Assembly: GCF_963921235.1 (NCBI RefSeq)
Contig: NC_086108.1
Location: 21,514,001-21,578,000, forward strand
DNA: 64,000 nt
From: Mobula hypostoma
Lineage: Eukaryota
Direction of reading: 5' to 3'
The position numbers were made by a program, and so were the translations under genes. Under the pieces are notes generated by a model. That model was not told where the DNA came from and made no database searches. It worked only from the letters and a program-made list of their open reading frames with translations. Each line of letters begins with the position of its first letter. Position 1 is the first letter of the stretch. Shown piece after piece: positions 13,046 to 25,445 of this stretch.

Positions 13046-13559
13046 TATATTTTTTTGCATAGCACTTAAAGCCAAATTGGAGAGGTCACTGGTTTAAAAA
13101 AAAGCAACACTTAAGTCTTTGTTTTAGTAAACTCTTACACTGAACTGATTTCGTAACCTATGGACTCTCTTTCAAGAACTCTACAACTCATGTTCTCAGT
13201 ATTATCTACCTATTTATTGTATTCGCACAGCTTGTCTTCTTTTGCATATGTTTTGTCAGAATATGCCTGCAAATTTTCATCAGTTCTATGGTATTTCTTT
13301 GTTCTATTGTGAATACCTGCATGAAAATGAATCTCAGAGTAGTATATGGTGACATATATGTACTTGGATAATAAATTTATTTTTAACTTTGGTTTCCTCC
13401 CTCCTAGCACAGATAACACCTAAGTAGACAGCTGTTTACTCATTCCTGTTTTGCCTCCTGAGAAATAGGTTAGTATTCTGAAAGAGATCCATCTATGGCA
13501 CAATATAAAAATATTAAGCTGGGCCAATAAACCTACTTACATCAATGACAATAAAAGTT

Positions 13560-13825
13560 CAAAACTGCAGGAAACATAAAGTTGTGATAGTAGGGGATTT
13601 TAATTTTCCACATATTGATTGGGACTCCCATACTGTTAACGGTCTAGATGGGTTAGAGTTTGTAAAATGTGTTCAGGAAAGTTTTCTCAATCAATATATA
13701 GAGGTACCAACTAGAGAGGATGCAATATTAGATCTCTTATTAGGAAATGAGTTAAGACAGGTGACGGAAGTGTATGTAGTGGAACACTTTGGTTCCAGTG
13801 ATCATAACACCATTAGATTCAACTT
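13560..13825 (+). mobile_element. CR1 LINE, 5' part (APE domain), interrupted by the L1 insertion
   Basis: VVIVGDFNFPHIDW...EHFGSSDHNTIRFN; continues at 25446 (FNLIMDKDRSGPRVEV). Confidence 0.9.
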
Positions 13826-14461
13826 TTGTTTTTGAAAATCAACAAAAAAATATATTAAAATAGTCAAATCAATATATCAACATATACAATAAGAGTTAAA
13901 CTATCAAATAACTGATTAACCAAGCTAAACAATATACTAATAATAATAAGAAAAAACAAAATGTTAAAACTATTAGTTTTTTTTGGAAAAAGGAAAGAAG
14001 GAAAAAAGAACCCCTAATAACTAAAACAAAAAAAACCCTACTAACCGAAAAAAAAACGAGAAAAAAAAACCATTGGGAGCACAACCCCGGAGCTATATGC
14101 CATACAAGCTTCTATAAAAGAAAAATATCAATCCACCAACCAAATCCAATTACACAAGAATCAGAAGGGGACCATCTTAACTAACTCAAATCAAATGATA
14201 GTAGCGGGCAAAAGAATCCCACCTTTTCTCAAAGTCAAATCGAAGATCAAAAGTTCGACTTCTAATTTTCTCCAAACTAAGACATAATTATCACCTGAGA
14301 GAACCATTGTATCAAAGTGGGAACAGAGGCATCTTTCCATTTCAATAAAATAGCCCTTCTGGCCAATAATGTGACAAATGCAATTACATGTTGGTCTGAT
14401 ATAGAATTACCATGAATATATTGGGGAATTATACCAAACAAAACTGTCAATTTATTAGGTT

Positions 14462-15313
14462 TGTTACGTACCCCGTAACTGGGTTGCCAAACCAGCAGAA
14501 ATGGATCACTCAGTTGGAGTCTGGATTACTAGAACTAAGAAAGTTTTATTAAAGAAACAAGCAACACAGTACTTTAATCAAAAGGATAATGAATGCAACA
14601 GTTCAGCAATGATAAACATACCAGTACACAGAATTAAGATAACAGGATCAATCAAGCTCTATCGTTGTCTAGGGGTAAATGACCAGTTTCAAAGTGACGC
14701 AGGGTTCAGTTCAATTTAGTTCAGTTCAGTTCGCAGTAATCGCTGCCGTGGCGATGGACAGTGGGAGGAAGCAGAGAGAGAGCAAAACGAATGAATATTC
14801 AAGGCTTCCACACAGACCTTCGCAGTCAGCTTTTGGGCGAGTCCTTTGTGATGTCATCTGAGGTCACCGACCGTGACCCCTCCATTTCCAGATACGATCG
14901 TTTCCCTGCGGTGAACCTGGCACCCAGGCAAGGGTGGACACACACCAGGTTCCCGCCGATCGTGCCTTTCCACCCTGTGCGTTTATGGCCCGGTACTTCC
15001 CACCGACTTGTGAGAGACGCACCGCTTCCAGGGTCTTGTTACCTTGGGTGTCGTGTGTGTGTCCTGCCTTAGTGAACCTGTCCCTTTTTATCCCCCTGCT
15101 GGGGTATCGCCTGTCCATCACTTCAAACAGTTCAGGGTTCAAAGGGGGAGCCGATCTTGACAGCTCTCCTTCCTTCATTAACATCTCCAAATGCTGCTCC
15201 ATTGTTTTCCTTATCTCTCTCTCTCTCCTGAAGACAGGTGGCAGACCAACTGCTGATTCCACTGGTGCCAGCCCAGGCCAGCTTCATCTTAATCTCTGTG
15301 TATTCTTGTCACA
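14462..15313 (-). mobile_element. Solo LTR of the Gmr1-like Gypsy family found at 60160-64000
   Basis: tgtt...caca termini, 4-bp TSD ggtt (14458-14461 and 15314-15317), colinear with 60160-61058. Confidence 0.92.
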
Positions 15314-15751
15314 GGTTGTAAATTAGTTTTTAAAGCTTTAGAAATTATAGAGAAAATAGATTTCCAAAACTGTTTCAATACAGAACACGACCAAAACATA
15401 TGTGTCAATATAGCCGAGTCAGTTTTACACCTATCACACGGACTATCAACATTAGGAAATGTCTTAGACCGTCTCCCTTTTGTCAAATAGTAACATTGTA
15501 CAATTTTAAACTGAATTAGAGAGTGACTGGCACAAATCAAAGAAGAGTTAACCAACTTCAAACTTCACAACCAATCCTCTGTTATCAAGGTCATGTTAAG
15601 CTCTCTTTCCCAATCTTGCTTAATCTTAAGTAAAGGATAATAATATTGTGGTAATAGTAAATTATAAATTTTCCCAATAAAACCTTTCACTAAAGGATTC
15701 ATTTTAAAAAAATGTCTAACAGGTCAGAATCTTGTATATATGGAAAATTAA

Positions 15752-18700
15752 CCATATAACCATATAACAATTACAGCACAGAAACAGGCCATCTTGGCCC
15801 TTCTAGTCCATGCCGAACTCTTACTCTCACCTAGTCCCACCGAACTGCACTCAGCCCATAACCCTCTATTCCTTTCCTGTCCATATATCTATCCAATTTA
15901 ACTTTAAACGACAACATCGAACCTGCCTCAACCACTTCTGCTGGAAGCTCGTTCCACACAGCTACCACTCTCTGAGTAAAGAAGTTCCCCCTCATGTTAC
16001 CCCTAAACTTTTGCCCTTTAACTCTCAACTCATGTCCTCTTGTTTGAATCTCCCCCACTCTCAATGGAAAAAGCCTATCCACGTCAACTCTATCAATCCC
16101 CCTCATAATTTTAAACACCTCTATCAAGTCCCCCCTCAACCTTCTACGCTCCAAAGAATAAAGACCTAACTTGTTCAACCTTTCTCTGTCACTTAGGAGA
16201 TGAAACCCAGGCAACATTTTAGTAAATCTCCTCTGTACTCTCTCAATTTTATTGACATCTTTCCTATAATTCGGTGACCAGAACTGTACACAATACTCCA
16301 AATTTGGCCTTACCAATGCCTTATACAATTTCAACATTACATCCCAACTCCTATACTCAATGCTCTGATTAATAAAGGCCAGCATACCAAAAGCTTTCGA
16401 GATTCCACCTTCAGGGAACTATGCATCATTATTCCTAGATCCCTCTGTTCTACAGCATTCTTCAATGCCCTACCACTTACCATGTATGTCCTATTTTGAT
16501 TAATCCTACCAAAATGTAGCACTTCACATTAAACTCCATCTGCCATCTTTCAGCCCATTCTTCTAACTGGTCTAAATCTCTCTGCAAGCTTTGAAAACCT
16601 ACTTCATTATCCACAACACCACCTATCTTAGTATCATCGGCATACTTACTAATCCAATTTACCACCCCATCATCCAGATCATTAATATATGTGACAAACA
16701 ACATTGGACCCAGTACAGATCCCTGAGGCACACCGCTACACACCCTTCTCCAATCTGACACACAGTTATCCACCACTACTCTCTGGTGTCTCCCATCCAT
16801 CCACTGCTGAATCCATTTTACTACTTCCATATTAATGCCTAACAATTGAACCTTCCTAACATTCCGTGTGGAACCTTGTCAAAGGCCTTACTGAAGTCCA
16901 TATAGACAACATCCACTGCTTTACCCTCATCAACTTTCTTAGTAACCTCATCAAAAAATTCAATAAGATTTGTCAAACATGACCTTCCACGCACAAATCC
17001 ATGTTGACGGTTCCTAATCAGATCCTGTCTATCCAGATAATTATATATACCATCTCTAAGAATACTTTCCATCAATTTACCCACCACTGACATCAAACTC
17101 ACAGGCCGATAATTGCTAGATTTACTCTTAGAACCCTTTTCAAACAATGGAACCACATGAGCAATATGCCAATCCTCCGGCACCATCCCCGTTTCTAATG
17201 ACATTTGAAATATTTCTGTCAGTGCCCCTGCTATTCCCACACTAACTTCCCTCAAGGTCCTAGGGAATATCTTGTCCGGACTTATCCAGTTTTATATTCC
17301 TTAAAAGCGCCAGTACTTCCTCTTCTTTAATTGTCATACTTTCCATAACTACCCTACTTGTTTCCTTTACCTGACACAATTCAATATCCTTCTCCTTAGT
17401 GAATATCAAAGAAAAGAAATTGTTCAAAATCTCCCCCATCTCTTTTGGCTCCGCACATAGCCGTCCACTCTGATTCTCTAAGGGACCAATTTTATCCCTC
17501 ACTATCCTTTTGCTATTAACATAACTGAGGAAACTTTCGATTTGGATTTATTTTCACCTTACTTGCCAAAGCAGCCTCGTATCTTCTTTTAGCTTTTCTA
17601 ATTTCTTTCTTAAGATTCTTTTTACATTCTTTATATTCCTCGAGTACCTCATTAACTCCAAGCTGCCTATATTTATTGCCTCTCTTTTTCCAAACCAAGT
17701 TTCCAATATCCCTTGAAAACCATGGCTCTCTCAAACTTTTAACCTTTCCTTTCAACCTAACAGGAACATAAAGATCCTGCACCCTCAAAATTTCAACTTT
17801 AAATGGCCTCCACTTCTCTATTACATCCTTCCCATAAAACAAATTGTCCCAATCCCCTCCTTCTAAAACCTTTTGCATCTCCCCAAAGTTAGCCTTTCTC
17901 CAATCAAAAATCTCAATCCTAGGTCCAGTCCTATCTTCCTCCATAATTATATTGAAACTAATGATATTGTGATCACTGGACCCGAAGTGCTCCCCAACAC
18001 ATACCTCCGTCACCTGCCCTACCTCATTCCCTAACAGGAGATCCAACACTGCCCCTTCTCTCGTTGCTACCTCTATGTATCACGCCAAAAAACTATCTTG
18101 CACACATTTGACAAACTCCAAACCATCCAGCCCTTTTACAGAATGGGTTTCCCAGTCTACGTGTGGAAAATTAGAATCTCCCACAATCACAACCTTGTGC
18201 TTACTACAAATATCTGCTATCTCCTTACAAATTTGCTCCTCCAGTTCTTGGTCCCCATATAATACACCCCTATAAGCGTCACAACACCTTACCTATTCCG
18301 TAATTCCACCCAAATAGCCTCCCTAGACGAGTCCACTAATCTACCCTGCCAGAGCACTGCTGTTATATAATCTCTGACAAGCAATGCAACACCTCCACCT
18401 CTTGCCCCTCTTATTCTATCACACCTGAAGCAAAGACATCCCGGAATATTTAGTGCCAATCACACCCCTCCTGCAACCACGTTTCACTAATAGCTACAAC
18501 ATCATATTTCCAGGTATCAATCTATGCTCTAAACTCATCCACCTTTCTTACAATGCTCCTAGCATTAAAATAGATGCATTTAAGAAACTCTCCACCTCCC
18601 ACTCTCCGTTTATCCTTAATGGAGCAAACAACTTTTTTATCTTTTTCTTCCTTGTCCCCTACATCTTTGGTCTGAGTGTTCCTGATCTCTGTCCCCTGCC

Positions 18701-20126
18701 TATCCTCCCTCACACACTGTCTACCTGCTTTCATTTTTTTGTGAACTAACCTCCTCTCTCCTAGTCTCTTCAATTTGATTCCCTCCCCCCAACCATTCTA
18801 GTTTAAAGTCATCTCAGTAGCCCTCGCAAATCTCCCCGCCAGGATATTGGTCCCCCTAGGATTCAAGTGTAACCCGTCCTTTTTGTACAGGTCACACCTG
18901 TGCCAAGAGAGGTCCCAATGATCCAGAAACTTGAATCCCTGCCCCCTGCTCCAATCCCTCAGCCACGCATTTATCCTCCACCTCACTGCATTCCTACATC
19001 GCTGTCGCGTGGCACAGGCAGTAATCCCGAGATTACTACCTTTGCGGTCCTTTTTCTCAACTCCCTTCCTAATTCCTTATATTCTTCTTTCAGGACCTCT
19101 CCCCTTTTCCTACCTATGTCATTGGTACCTATATGCACCATGACCTCTGGCTCCTCACCCTCCCACTTCAGGATCTCTTGGACGTGATCAGAAACATCCC
19201 AGACCCTGGCACCAGGGAGGCAAACTACCATCCGGGTCTCCAGACTGCATCCACAGAATCGTCTATCTGACCCCCTAACTATCGAGTCCCCTATTACTAC
19301 TGCCCTCCTCTTCCTTTCCCTACCCTTCTGAGCTACAGGGACGGACTCTGTCCCGAAGGTTCGGTCATTGTTGCTTCCCCCAGGTATGCTGTCTCCCCAA
19401 ACAGTACTCAAACAGGAGTACTTATTGTCAAGGAGCACAGCCACAGGGGTACTCTCTATTACCTGATTCTTCCTATTCCCCCTCCTAACCGTGACCCATT
19501 TGTCTGCCTCCCGTGGCCCCGGTGTGACCACCTGCCTGTAACTCCTCTCTATCAACTCCTCGCTCTCCCTGACAAGACAAAGGTCATCGAGCTGCAGCTC
19601 CAGTTCCCTAACACGGTCTCTTAGGAGCTGCATCTTGACGCACCTGGCGCAGATGTGAACGTCCGGGAGGCTGGGAGACTCCACGACCTCCCACATCTGG
19701 CACTGAGAACAACAAGCTGCCTTCACACTCATACTTCCCTCTCTCCTCAAATAACAACAAAAAATGAATACCAATCCTTCCTTGCCCCGCCTGTTTCCAC
19801 CTAAGCCCATTGAGCCAAAGCCCTTGAGCCTTCACTCTGCTCCTGACTCATTCCGCAGCCCTCAAACTATGCCGCCCGCTGTATAAGGCTCTGTTCCTTT
19901 TAAATCTTCTGCACTTCACTCCCTGATGTCACACGCCTGCGCAGTCCCACCTCTCTGAACACAGATGAAAAAAACCCGAAAAACTCAAAAAAGGCTTCTT
20001 CCGCACTCCTGCTCCAATTCTCAGACTTCCTTCTCCAAATTAAACCCAAATCAGGATTTGTGTCTTTTTAAACCTTCCGTGCTCCACTCCCCGACGTCAC
20101 ACGCCTGCGCAGTCCCACCTCTCTCT
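15752..20126 (-). mobile_element. Near full-length CR1 LINE (ORF1 zinc finger/leucine zipper + SGNH esterase; ORF2 APE + RT), frameshifted
   Basis: ORF1 CSQCQMWE, IGDSIVRG, HIGTNDI, DGLH; ORF2 CIYFNARS, SDHN, YMDFSKAFDKV, GVPQGSVLGP, KYADDTK; (accatata)n 3' tail at about 15752. Confidence 0.95.
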
Positions 20127-20615
20127 AAAGTTACTTATTCTTGTAAGAAATGTCTGACCTGAAGATAATGCAAGAAATGTGAGTGCAAGAGAGAATATTT
20201 AGTTACTAATTTCTCAAAAGACATCAATCGACCTTCTTAAAACAGATCCATGAAGGAATAAACTCCTTTATTCCTCCAAAGAAAAAAGGTAGGATCACTA
20301 AGTGAAGGTTTAGATAAATTAAGCTAAGAAGGTTAAATTTTTTAAAATTAAAAAAATTACAAAACTGGTACCAAATTCGTAATGACTGCTTAATCATAGG
20401 ATATAAATTTAGAATAGAAATTTTGGATAGTTGTACAGGTAAAGACGCTCCTAATAACGAAGTTAAGTAAAATTGTTTCACGGCTTTCAGTTCCAAATCA
20501 ACCCAAGGTGGTCGTTCATTTTTATCAGTTTAATTTAACTAAGAACACACATAATGTATATTAACCGCCTAATAATACATTCTTAAATTAGGCAGAGCAA
20601 GACCTCCATCTTTTT

Positions 20616-23600
20616 CCAGCAATGGAAAGGGAAAAACTTCGAAAGAAAAATCGGAAGATATGCCTGTCTGGGCTGAGCGTTTAGAACGTGCGTTGATGGC
20701 TCTTGACAAGAAAGTAGACAATAACACTTCTGAGATGAAGTCGTTCTGACAGAGTTTTCAGTTTGTAGAGGAAAATATTATTTCCTTGAATACTGAGCTT
20801 AAAGAGTCGAAGCGTCAGACAGCAAATATTTCAGCTCGCTTGGAACAGGATAGTCGATTTAGAAGCAAGATCTCGTCGGAATAACATTCGAATTGTTGGA
20901 CTGAAGGAAGGTTCTGAGAGTGGGAATTTATTGGACTATTTTGCTAATTTGTTTCAATTGCTGTTTCCGGATATTCTACCTCAGCCTCCCGCTATTGAGG
21001 GAGCACACAGAATTTTCTGAAATCTCAAGATTCAGCTAAATCATGGGTAATTTTGGTCAGTTTTCTTAGTTTTATAGTTAAAGACCAAATCATAAAATGT
21101 GCAAGAAAACAGAGAGTTTTTAAATTTAATGGCTCCGAGATTCGTTTTTATGAAGATTATCCACGGGAAGTTATGGAACAGCGGATCAAATTTGTTCCAG
21201 CTATGAAGATAGCCCATGCTAAGGGATTATTCCCATCACTTCGCTATCCAGCCTGGTTATTTCCTAAAGATTCAACTCCATGTGTTTTTTTGGATCCCCA
21301 AGAGGCATTGGACTATGTTAATTCTATTTTGGAGGTGGCTGAGGTCTGAATGGTATTAGGGCTGCTGAATAACTTTTCGAAAGAAAACAGGCTTTGAAGA
21401 TTTCTGATATGTTGAAGATATCCTTTGATCGATGGACTATTTAAAGAAGATGTGAGCTTCTTGATTTGACTGATGGATGACTTTTCCGAAGTCTGCTTGG
21501 TTTACTGAGTGAATTAACACAACAGACAGATTGTTAACTGGTTTGATTATCTGTTTTTATTTTTCCTTTTCTTCATTAATTAAGTGATAGTTTATATAGA
21601 CTTTTGCTTATATACATATATAGCGAGGAGTGCTGAGTAAATAGTTAATTAGTTTTAGTTTTTCCTGTCAAAAACAGTGTTTTTTCATCAGGCAGCAAGT
21701 CAAAGGGATAATGGTGCCGATTTTTTTCGTTAGAGATTATATTGTTTAGGTCTAATTTTATTGCTTTGACGTCTCTAGAGAATGTTTTTGCATTCCCCAG
21801 TTTATTTTTAATGATTAAGTATAAACACCATTTTTTTTCTCTGTAGGGCTTTATCATCTTGGGACCGTGTGTTTTTTTTGTAAAGGGGAGGGGGGAATTA
21901 AGAAAAACTTTTAAAATTACTATTTAAATTGAGTAGCTCGCAGAGTTCTGTTTCTTTTTTCTTTTCCTATGGGGATGCATTCCGGCTTATTTCTTCTTTT
22001 TGTCGGATTTCTATCTTTTGGGATGGTGGGAGGATTGGGGGTAGTATTGAATTATAGGTCTTACAGTTGGATTAATTTTATTTTTTTTCGTTTTTTTTCT
22101 CTTCTCGTATTTTTTCCCATTATGGAGTTCCAGAGCATGCGTGTTTTCAATATGGTTATACTCATCACCGCCATTTTTGATTAGCCCGCATTGGTATGCA
22201 CGTATTTTCGTGTTAAAAAAAATATTTTATGGCAGTTAAACAGATAAACGTTATCAGTTGGAACGTACGTGGCTGGAATCACCCTATTAAGCAAAATAAG
22301 ATTTTTAAGACATTGGAAGGACCTTCAATATCATGCCACTTGTCAAAATAAAACAAAGGGGGTATCTATTTTTATTAAATCTAATATTTTATTTATCCAA
22401 GAAGATATCGTGTCAGATATTAATGGTAGATTTTTAATTGTCAAAGGAACAATTTGTAATAGAAAAATTGCTCTGGTTGATCTATATGGACCTAATGTAG
22501 GTGATCTTTCTTTTTTTAAAAATGTAAACAACAGGAATTCTGCAGATGCTGGAAATTCAAGCAACACACATCAAAGTTGCTGGTGAACGCAGCAGGCCAG
22601 GCAAGAATAATATGTTGGATCTGGAGGCTGGTGGGGTGGTAGGTGAGGACCAGGGGAACCCTATTCCTAGTGGGGTGGCGGGAGGATGGAGTGAGAGCAG
22701 ATGTACGTGAAATGGGGGAGATGCGTTTAAGAGCAGAGTTGATAGTGGAGGAAGGGAAGCCCCTTTCTTTAAAAAAGGAAGACATCTCCCTCATCCTAGA
22801 TAGAATAATATGTTGGACCCGGAGGTTGGTGGGGTGGTAGGTGAGGACCAGGGGAACCCTATTCCTAGTGGGGTGGCGGGAGGATGGAGTGAGAGCAGAT
22901 GTACGTGAAATAGGGGAGATGCGTTTAAGAGCAGAGTTGATAGTGGAGGAAGGGAAGCCCCTTTCTTTAAAAAAGGAAGACATCTCCCTCGTCCTAGATA
23001 GAATAATATGTTGGACCTGGAGGCTGGTGGGGTGGTAGGTGAGGACCAGGGGAACCCTATTCCTAGTGGGGTGGCAGGAGGATGGAGTGAGAGCAGATGT
23101 ACGTGAAATGGGGGAGATGCGTTTAAGAGCAGAGTTGATAGTGGAGGAAGGGAAGCCCCTTTCTTTAAAAAAGGAAGACATCTCCCTCGTCCTAGATTTT
23201 TAGAATAATATGTTGGACCCGGAGGCTGGTGGGGTGCCTGGCCTGCTGCGTTTACCAGCAACTTTGATGTGTGTTGATTGTTTTCTTAAAAATGTATCTG
23301 GTTTATTGCCAGATTTAAATGAATAAATGTTGTTAATGGGTGGTGATTTTAACTCTTGTTTAAATCCTTTGATTGACAAGAGTTCAACCAATCAGCGGCT
23401 TCCGAGTTGTTCAGCATCACTTATTAACTCTTTTTTAATTGATTATGGTTTGATCGAAATCTGGAGAAATTTAAATCCTGATGATAGAGATTATTCTTTT
23501 TATTCACATGCTCATAAAAAATATTCGAGAATTGATTATTTTATAGCTGATTTTCAATTTTTATCCAAAGTCCAGAAATGTGAATATGACGCTATCGCCG

Positions 23601-25445
23601 TTTCGGATCATGCGCCTTTAAGCTTAACTTTTGAATTGAATGATGTTGGTATTATAAATTTGGCTTGGTGTTTTCCAGAAAATTTATTACTCAGATAAAA
23701 GATTTTTTTCATTTTAATAATACGGAGATGTGTCAAAATTGATCATATGGAATGAACTTAAAGCATATTTGCGAGATCAGATAATCTGCTATTTGGCTAA
23801 GCTTAAGAAACAGACAAAAATAGAGTTAGATAAGATTTCAAAACAAATTAAAGACTTGGATAATATTTATGCAGTTTCTCCAAACATTGATTTATTTAAA
23901 CAAAGGGTTGAACTTCAATCACAATATAATTTACTATTAACTTATCCTATTGAAAGAAATTTGCTTAAATTAAAAAGTCTATTTTATATGTTTGGAGACA
24001 AAAATAATAAGCTATTAGCATCCCAGTTAAAGGCAACTGGAGCTAAAAGACAAATTTTAAAAATTCGTAAGGGAGATGGTAGACATCAATAAAATTTTTC
24101 AGGACTTTTACAGTGAACTCTATAAATCTCAGTTTCCAGCTGATCCTTCTAAAATGAATGCCTTTTTACAAAGACTGATTTTCCTAGAATATCTGTTGAA
24201 GATCAACAAACTCTTGATACTCCTATTACTGAAAAGGAAATTCAGAAAGCTATTCTTTCAATGCAATCTGGTAAAGCTCCTGGATTGGATGGTTTTTCCT
24301 GTCGGATTTTATTAAAAAATTTGAAGAATTGCTTTCTCCATGTATGTTGGAAATGCTCAAAGATTCTTTTTTGTTAGAATTATCTCCCACATTTTATGAA
24401 GCTTCTATTTCTTTAATTCTTAAGAAAGATAAAGACCCTACTGACTGCGCTTCATATAGACCTATTTCACTATTAAATGTGGATGCTAAAATTCTTTCAA
24501 AAATAATGGCTAATCGACTGGAGAATATTCTAGCTAAAATTATTTCTCAGGACCAAGCAGGTTTTATAAAAGGCCGTTATTCCTTCTCTAATACTCGGAG
24601 ACTGTTAAATGTTATATACTCATCCCTGTCTAAGACTCCCCAATGTGTTGTTTCTCTTGATGCTGAAAAGGCATTTGATAGAGTTGAATGGAAATACTTA
24701 TTTAACGTTTTAGAGAAATTCAACATCAGTACTAATTTAAATAAGTGGATTAGAATGATATAAAAAAGCCCTATTGCCACAGTTATTACTAATAATTGCA
24801 GATCTCCACTTTTTCGACTTTCACGGGGTACAAGACAAGGATGTCCATTAAGTCCCCTGTTATTTAATTTGATGTTGGAACCTTTGGCTTTTGCACTTCG
24901 TGAAGCTAAAGATATTCAAGGAATTTCCATAAATGGGACTATTCATAAGATGTCCCTTTATGCTGATGATCTTTTAGTTTATGTTTCGAGTCCTGAAGAA
25001 TCCATTCCTAGTGTATTGAAATTATTAAATGAATTTGGAAAGTTTTCGGGATATAAATCAAACCTTAATTAAAGTTAACTATTTCCTTTAAATGATTCTG
25101 CTTCTATATAAGATGACATTCATTTTAAACATACGGACTCGTTCAAATATTTTGGTACTATCATCACTAAAAATTATGGAGACCTTTATAGAGCTAATTT
25201 GGTTCCCTTAGTGGATTTTATGAAGCAAATATCTTGTAGATGGAATCCACTTACACTTTCATTAGCTGGCTGAATTCATGCAGTTACCAAAATTCAACAA
25301 AATTTTTATATGTATTTCAAAATATTCCTATTTTTTAACTAAGAAGTTTTTTGATCAGGTTGATTCTATTATTTCATCTTTTGTTTGGAATAATAAGAGA
25401 CCAAGAATTGGAAAAATATCATTTACAAAAATCAAAAAAGAATAT
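20616..25445 (+). mobile_element. L1-clade LINE, 5' part (ORF1, spacer, ORF2 APE + RT), inverted relative to its 3' part
   Basis: ORF1 RSRRNNIRIVGL and IRFYEDYP; ORF2 starts MAVKQINVISWNVRG near 22229; GGDFN, SRIDYF, SDHAP, SLDAEKAFDRV, RQGCPLSPLLF, LYADD; multiple frameshifts. Confidence 0.92.
22527..23280 (-). mobile_element. Penelope-derived insertion: 198-bp tandem unit x3.2 between inverted pseudo-LTR ends
   Basis: Units start at 22604, 22802, 23000 and 23202 and encode EMSSFFKERGFPSSTINSALKRISP...; about 16-bp TSD tttt(t/c)ttaaaaatgta at 22511-22526 and 23281-23296. Confidence 0.9.

Larger units (their letters stand above)
13826..20615 (-). mobile_element. L1-clade LINE, 3' part (ORF2 C-terminus and 3' UTR), containing a nested solo LTR and a CR1
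   Basis: Minus strand KDGGLALPNLRMYY at about 20575-20615; CCHC motif CDRCKTDSAILTHMFWSC (ORF 15289..15561); 3' end abuts the TSD at 13817-13825. Confidence 0.85.

Noticed and set aside
14761..15326. ORFs of 100-130 aa
   Set aside because: They lie within the solo LTR and are not preserved at the same length in the second LTR copy.
22604..23236. Regularly spaced repeats as a CRISPR array or repeat-protein gene
   Set aside because: Units are contiguous with no unique spacers and match the Penelope ORF at about 38640-38835.
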